This document shows, one piece after another, positions 52,000 to 52,068 of a stretch of 52,068 bases of DNA; within the stretch, counting starts at the first letter, position 1; every line of letters begins with the position of its first letter. Made by a program: the position numbers and the translations under genes. The notes below the pieces were generated by a model, which saw only the letters and a program-made list of their open reading frames with translations, was not told where the DNA came from and did not search any database. The stretch covers positions 1 to 52,068 of the forward strand of contig CANQHL010000002.1 in NCBI GenBank assembly GCA_947623775.1, written 5' to 3'. The DNA is from an uncultured Clostridia bacterium. GTDB taxonomy: Bacteria; Bacillota; Clostridia; Christensenellales; UBA1242.

Positions 52000-52068
52000 C
52001 CAGCAGTGTTCTATCTTCCCGGACCGTCGCCAGCCAAGTATTTTCGACGATGAAAAGCTTAACTTCTG
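52000..52068 (-). rRNA. rrf: 5S rRNA, 3' portion (gene continues past the right edge)
   Basis: Reverse complement is CAGAAGTTAAGCTTTTCATCGTCGAAAATACTTGGCTGGCGACGGTCCGGGAAGATAGAACACTGCTGG. It aligns with the conserved Firmicutes 5S segment ...GGAAGTTAAGC...GCGCCGATGGTA...GAGAGTAGGACGCYGCCAGG. Confidence 0.8.

Noticed and set aside
1-52068. Mollicutes-type genetic code (TGA = Trp), given the AT-richness and lipoprotein-rich content
   Set aside because: Long ORFs, including the 10-kb one, are intact under the standard code. Trp is encoded by TGG throughout. Several well-supported genes terminate at TGA, for example at 2191-2193 and 39363-39365.

Overview
This is an AT-rich bacterial chromosome segment that uses the standard genetic code: TGA serves as a stop and Trp is TGG. 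By inference it comes from a low-GC Bacillota or Mollicutes-related organism. Product calls rest on motif recognition by eye only; no database search was run.

Almost every gene lies on the minus strand. They are co-oriented with a 5S rRNA gene whose 3' part enters at the right edge (about 52000-52068).

Layout, left to right:
- 1-700: a divergent intergenic region holding a homopolymer-containing consensus promoter and structured repeats.
- 748-3035: an RmlA-like nucleotidyltransferase, a CYTH-like protein and a lipoprotein.
- 3098-13150: a 3350-aa surface lipoprotein built of FN3/Ig-like modules with a GLUG-like C-terminal region.
- 13442-17774: housekeeping genes (P-loop protein, RumA/RlmD-type methyltransferase, EngB) and a Listeria-Bacteroides-repeat surface protein.
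- 18011-18087: tRNA-Ala(UGC).
- 18.2-35.7 kb: an accessory-looking run of small enzymes and orphans. It includes an HD protein, two HExxH proteins, an Smr protein, two MBL hydrolases, a YjjX-like NTPase, CoaD, a hexapeptide-repeat protein and five GNAT domains, two of them in unusual fusions.
- 36162-36243: tRNA-Leu(UAG), with a ~180-bp direct repeat bracketing one GNAT gene.

The stand-out region is 37.2-51.3 kb. It holds 18 co-directional genes I cannot assign to any known family, followed by a MoxR/AAA_5-like AAA+ ATPase.
- The 18 genes comprise nine tandem paralogs of a ~170-190 aa soluble family and four paralogs of a two-TM membrane protein, each placed directly after a soluble gene.
- The remainder are three weakly related ~200-220 aa proteins and two singletons.
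- Eleven of the 18, from at least three dissimilar families, end in the same extreme C-terminal tail, Y-[LI]-[DE]-[LI]-E-COOH. The tail is conserved at protein level despite synonymous codon changes.
- Exact TTGACA-N17-TATAAT promoters split the locus into five transcription units.

The locus is bordered by a family of structured intergenic repeats also found at 385-705. Their hairpins show compensatory substitutions, and near the rRNA they include 5S-3'-end-like modules.
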